Shown here piece by piece: positions 61,701 through 64,000 of a DNA stretch of 64,000 bases. A program made the translations under genes and the position numbers. Each line of letters starts with the position of its first letter. Position 1 is the stretch's first letter. The notes under the pieces are model-generated. The model saw only the letters and a list, made by a program, of their open reading frames with translations, searched no databases and was not told where the DNA came from. The DNA is from Squalus acanthias (taxonomy: Eukaryota): contig CM059432.1 in NCBI GenBank assembly GCA_030390025.1, positions 86,306,001 through 86,370,000 of the forward strand, read 5' to 3'.

Positions 61701-64000
61701 ACCCCTACAGAGCAGAAATTGTGAAAAATCTCCCTCACTGTACCCTATTCATTTTATTTCCTTCCCCCCCCAGCTGTATATCCTACACCAACATGAATAC
61801 TGTCAAGATGAAAGTGGTTTAGTGAATCTGAAAACTGCTGCGACACAGCAAAAGCTGAAAGTGTAAGGCTGTGAACAGCTGCCAAAACACCTTTCACACT
61901 GGAGCACAAAATCAACTTTGAAAATCCCTGCTATGTGAACTATCTAGGTACAGCACAACCTAATAAACAAGTAATGCAATCCCTACACCCATGCAGTCTT
62001 TTTTTGTTTCTTCCCGCCCAAGAACACACTAGATTTCCTCCTCTACAAATAGTGTGATCCTCCTTCTCTCTTACACCACCAAGCACAATTATCTAGAACA
62101 TACCATAACCCCACCCTGCATTCCCTCCTCTGAAGAGAAAGTGTGGACCTCTTTCTCCCCCCCCCCCCCCCCCCCCCCCCTCAAAGAGCACAAGCATGTG
62201 AAGTGGCAAGAGTGCTCCCATTGCAGTACCTGTTACATAAGTAGATGGTGTTGTGATTTATGTAAAGTTGAATGCCAAAAATATATTGGGCTGGTATAAT
62301 TGTTTAAATATCCATGTAACTACACACTCTGACCACTGAGTGGCACTGCTGCAATTTCCCTTTCAGGTTAAAAATTCAATGACCCTTTAAATTTTTTTCT
62401 CTAAACTGATCATCATTCGGCCCTCTGGCATGGGTTTAAAAACAAACTCCAATGTTCTGGACTTTTGCGTGCCCTTTTTTTTTTTAACCTCTCGAGACTG
62501 ATTGATAGACTCTTTTTGTTGGATGTCAAAGGATATGGATCGAAGGTGGGTCAATGGGAGTTGAGGTACAGATCAGCTAAAATCTGAGGAGCTGAATGGC
62601 CTACTCCTGTTCCTATTGGAGAGATTTGGGGAAGAGGAAGAACAGACAGCTACAGATGAATGAAAGAAGGGGATTGGAAGAAAATCTTGACCAGCAAATA
62701 ATCATGCCCCTAAATTTGTGCTCTAATATTTGCTAATTAGCAGAGCTGCTGAGGTGGGTGTACCTGCAAAATGACTTGAGCTTCAGTGTGCCAACTCAAT
62801 TTAATATATTCTTTGAAAATTACAGTATCCAACAATTTTGGACAATCATAATTTTTGACAATTGGTGTAAAGTGATGCTATTTGTGTTCAGAAATCCATT
62901 GTTGCCAGATAATTTCAAGATCTTTCAGTACCTTAACTTTGAACTTTTAGCATTTTCCTGATTACTTCTCCTTCAGTTATTTTAGCATCAAGTAGTTCTT
63001 CACAACCATTGAACAATGCAACTTTCATCCTGCCCCTCAACCCATATAACGTGCTTGAAGATGATTTTGTAGCTTCGTGACAATTTTACAAATCTGTTGT
63101 ATGCAGCCAATGAAGAAATCTCCAGTTATGTCCTTTTCATAACATGCCAGTGACATAACATGCCAATGGACCAGTTAAAGGTCTTTGTTTGTGGCAGTCT
63201 AAAACTTTCATGCAGTAGGGCAGGGAGCCATGGCACTTTGTCCTAATTTAGTCTTGGTATAGTTTTTTTCCTTTTTGCTGCTATCCAAAAGTTGTTTTCT
63301 TTTAAACAAAGGTACACATTTAATTTGGAAAATCTCAACACAAGAAATGCCATTTTTCCTTCCCTAGATGAAGCATCTAAAAATTTAGATAAATGGAGTT
63401 ACTTGTTTACATATGCTTTACTTGTAGGGAATTCTGCAAATTTAAATAGTTCTTGCTAAGCAAGAGTATTGTTTTTACGTAAGCTAATCGGATAAGTAAC
63501 TAGTCCAGGTTGGAGTGCAAATGAGTATATTCTAAATGATGTAAACAAATATTGTTCAAACTATTTTTTCACTATTACAGAACTGATGCTTTTCGACAGG
63601 GGGATCTTGAGGTTTTACTGTTTCTACTACACAAGTTGGCACTTTTTTGGGACCTAGAAAATATTCATTGGAAAGGAAATTTGAAGGGCTATGGCGAAAG
63701 CAGGGGAGTGGGACTAATTGGATAGGGACAAGAGTAGGCCATTTAACCCCTCAAGCCTGTTCACCATTTAATGAGGTCATGGCCGATTTGTGACCTAACT
63801 CCATGTACCCTTTATATAAAGAGAGCTCTTTCAAAAGAGCTGGTGCAGGCATGATGGAACACTGCCTATCATTCAGCTGGCATACCAGGGAATTGGTTAA
63901 CATGCCTGTCCCTAATCGGCATTCTCAGACTGGTATATACACATCCTCCTTCTTTCCACTGGCTCCCTTTATCCTTTTGGGATGATCTACATATCTGAAA

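Noticed and set aside
58788..64000. RDH10 exon 2
   Set aside because: No TTKAFLP...HIVTVASS-like coding segment was seen; it presumably lies beyond the window.

Overview
Eukaryotic genomic DNA, almost certainly from a cartilaginous fish (HE1/V-SINEs, a DeuSINE, abundant HER1/CR1-type LINEs, Penelope-like elements). The right end holds a complete RPL7 gene on the minus strand: 6 coding exons, 246 aa, a 5'TOP tract and a non-coding last exon. It lies head-to-head with exon 1 of RDH10 on the plus strand, the arrangement I recall from human 8q21. The left ~47 kb is mostly nested transposons (CR1, L2, a second poly(A) LINE family, Penelope with hammerhead ribozymes, PIF/Harbinger, hAT and pogo-like MITEs). 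It also appears to contain a spliced minus-strand gene (candidate exons 36324-36583+, 26025-26425, 3181-3279) in the syntenic slot of C8orf89, whose predicted mRNA carries two tandem ORFs. Most notable observations: (1) that two-ORF transcript; (2) a Harbinger-type MITE family with promoter motifs, three same-strand splice donors and co-varying hairpins; (3) a Penelope element with ~495-bp inverted arms each holding a minimal hammerhead; (4) an intragenic copy of RPL7 intron 2/exon 3 inside intron 5; (5) an RDH10 exon 1 lacking the insertion and intron I recall from mammals. All calls were made by eye; no database searches were run, and TE boundaries without stated TSDs are approximate.
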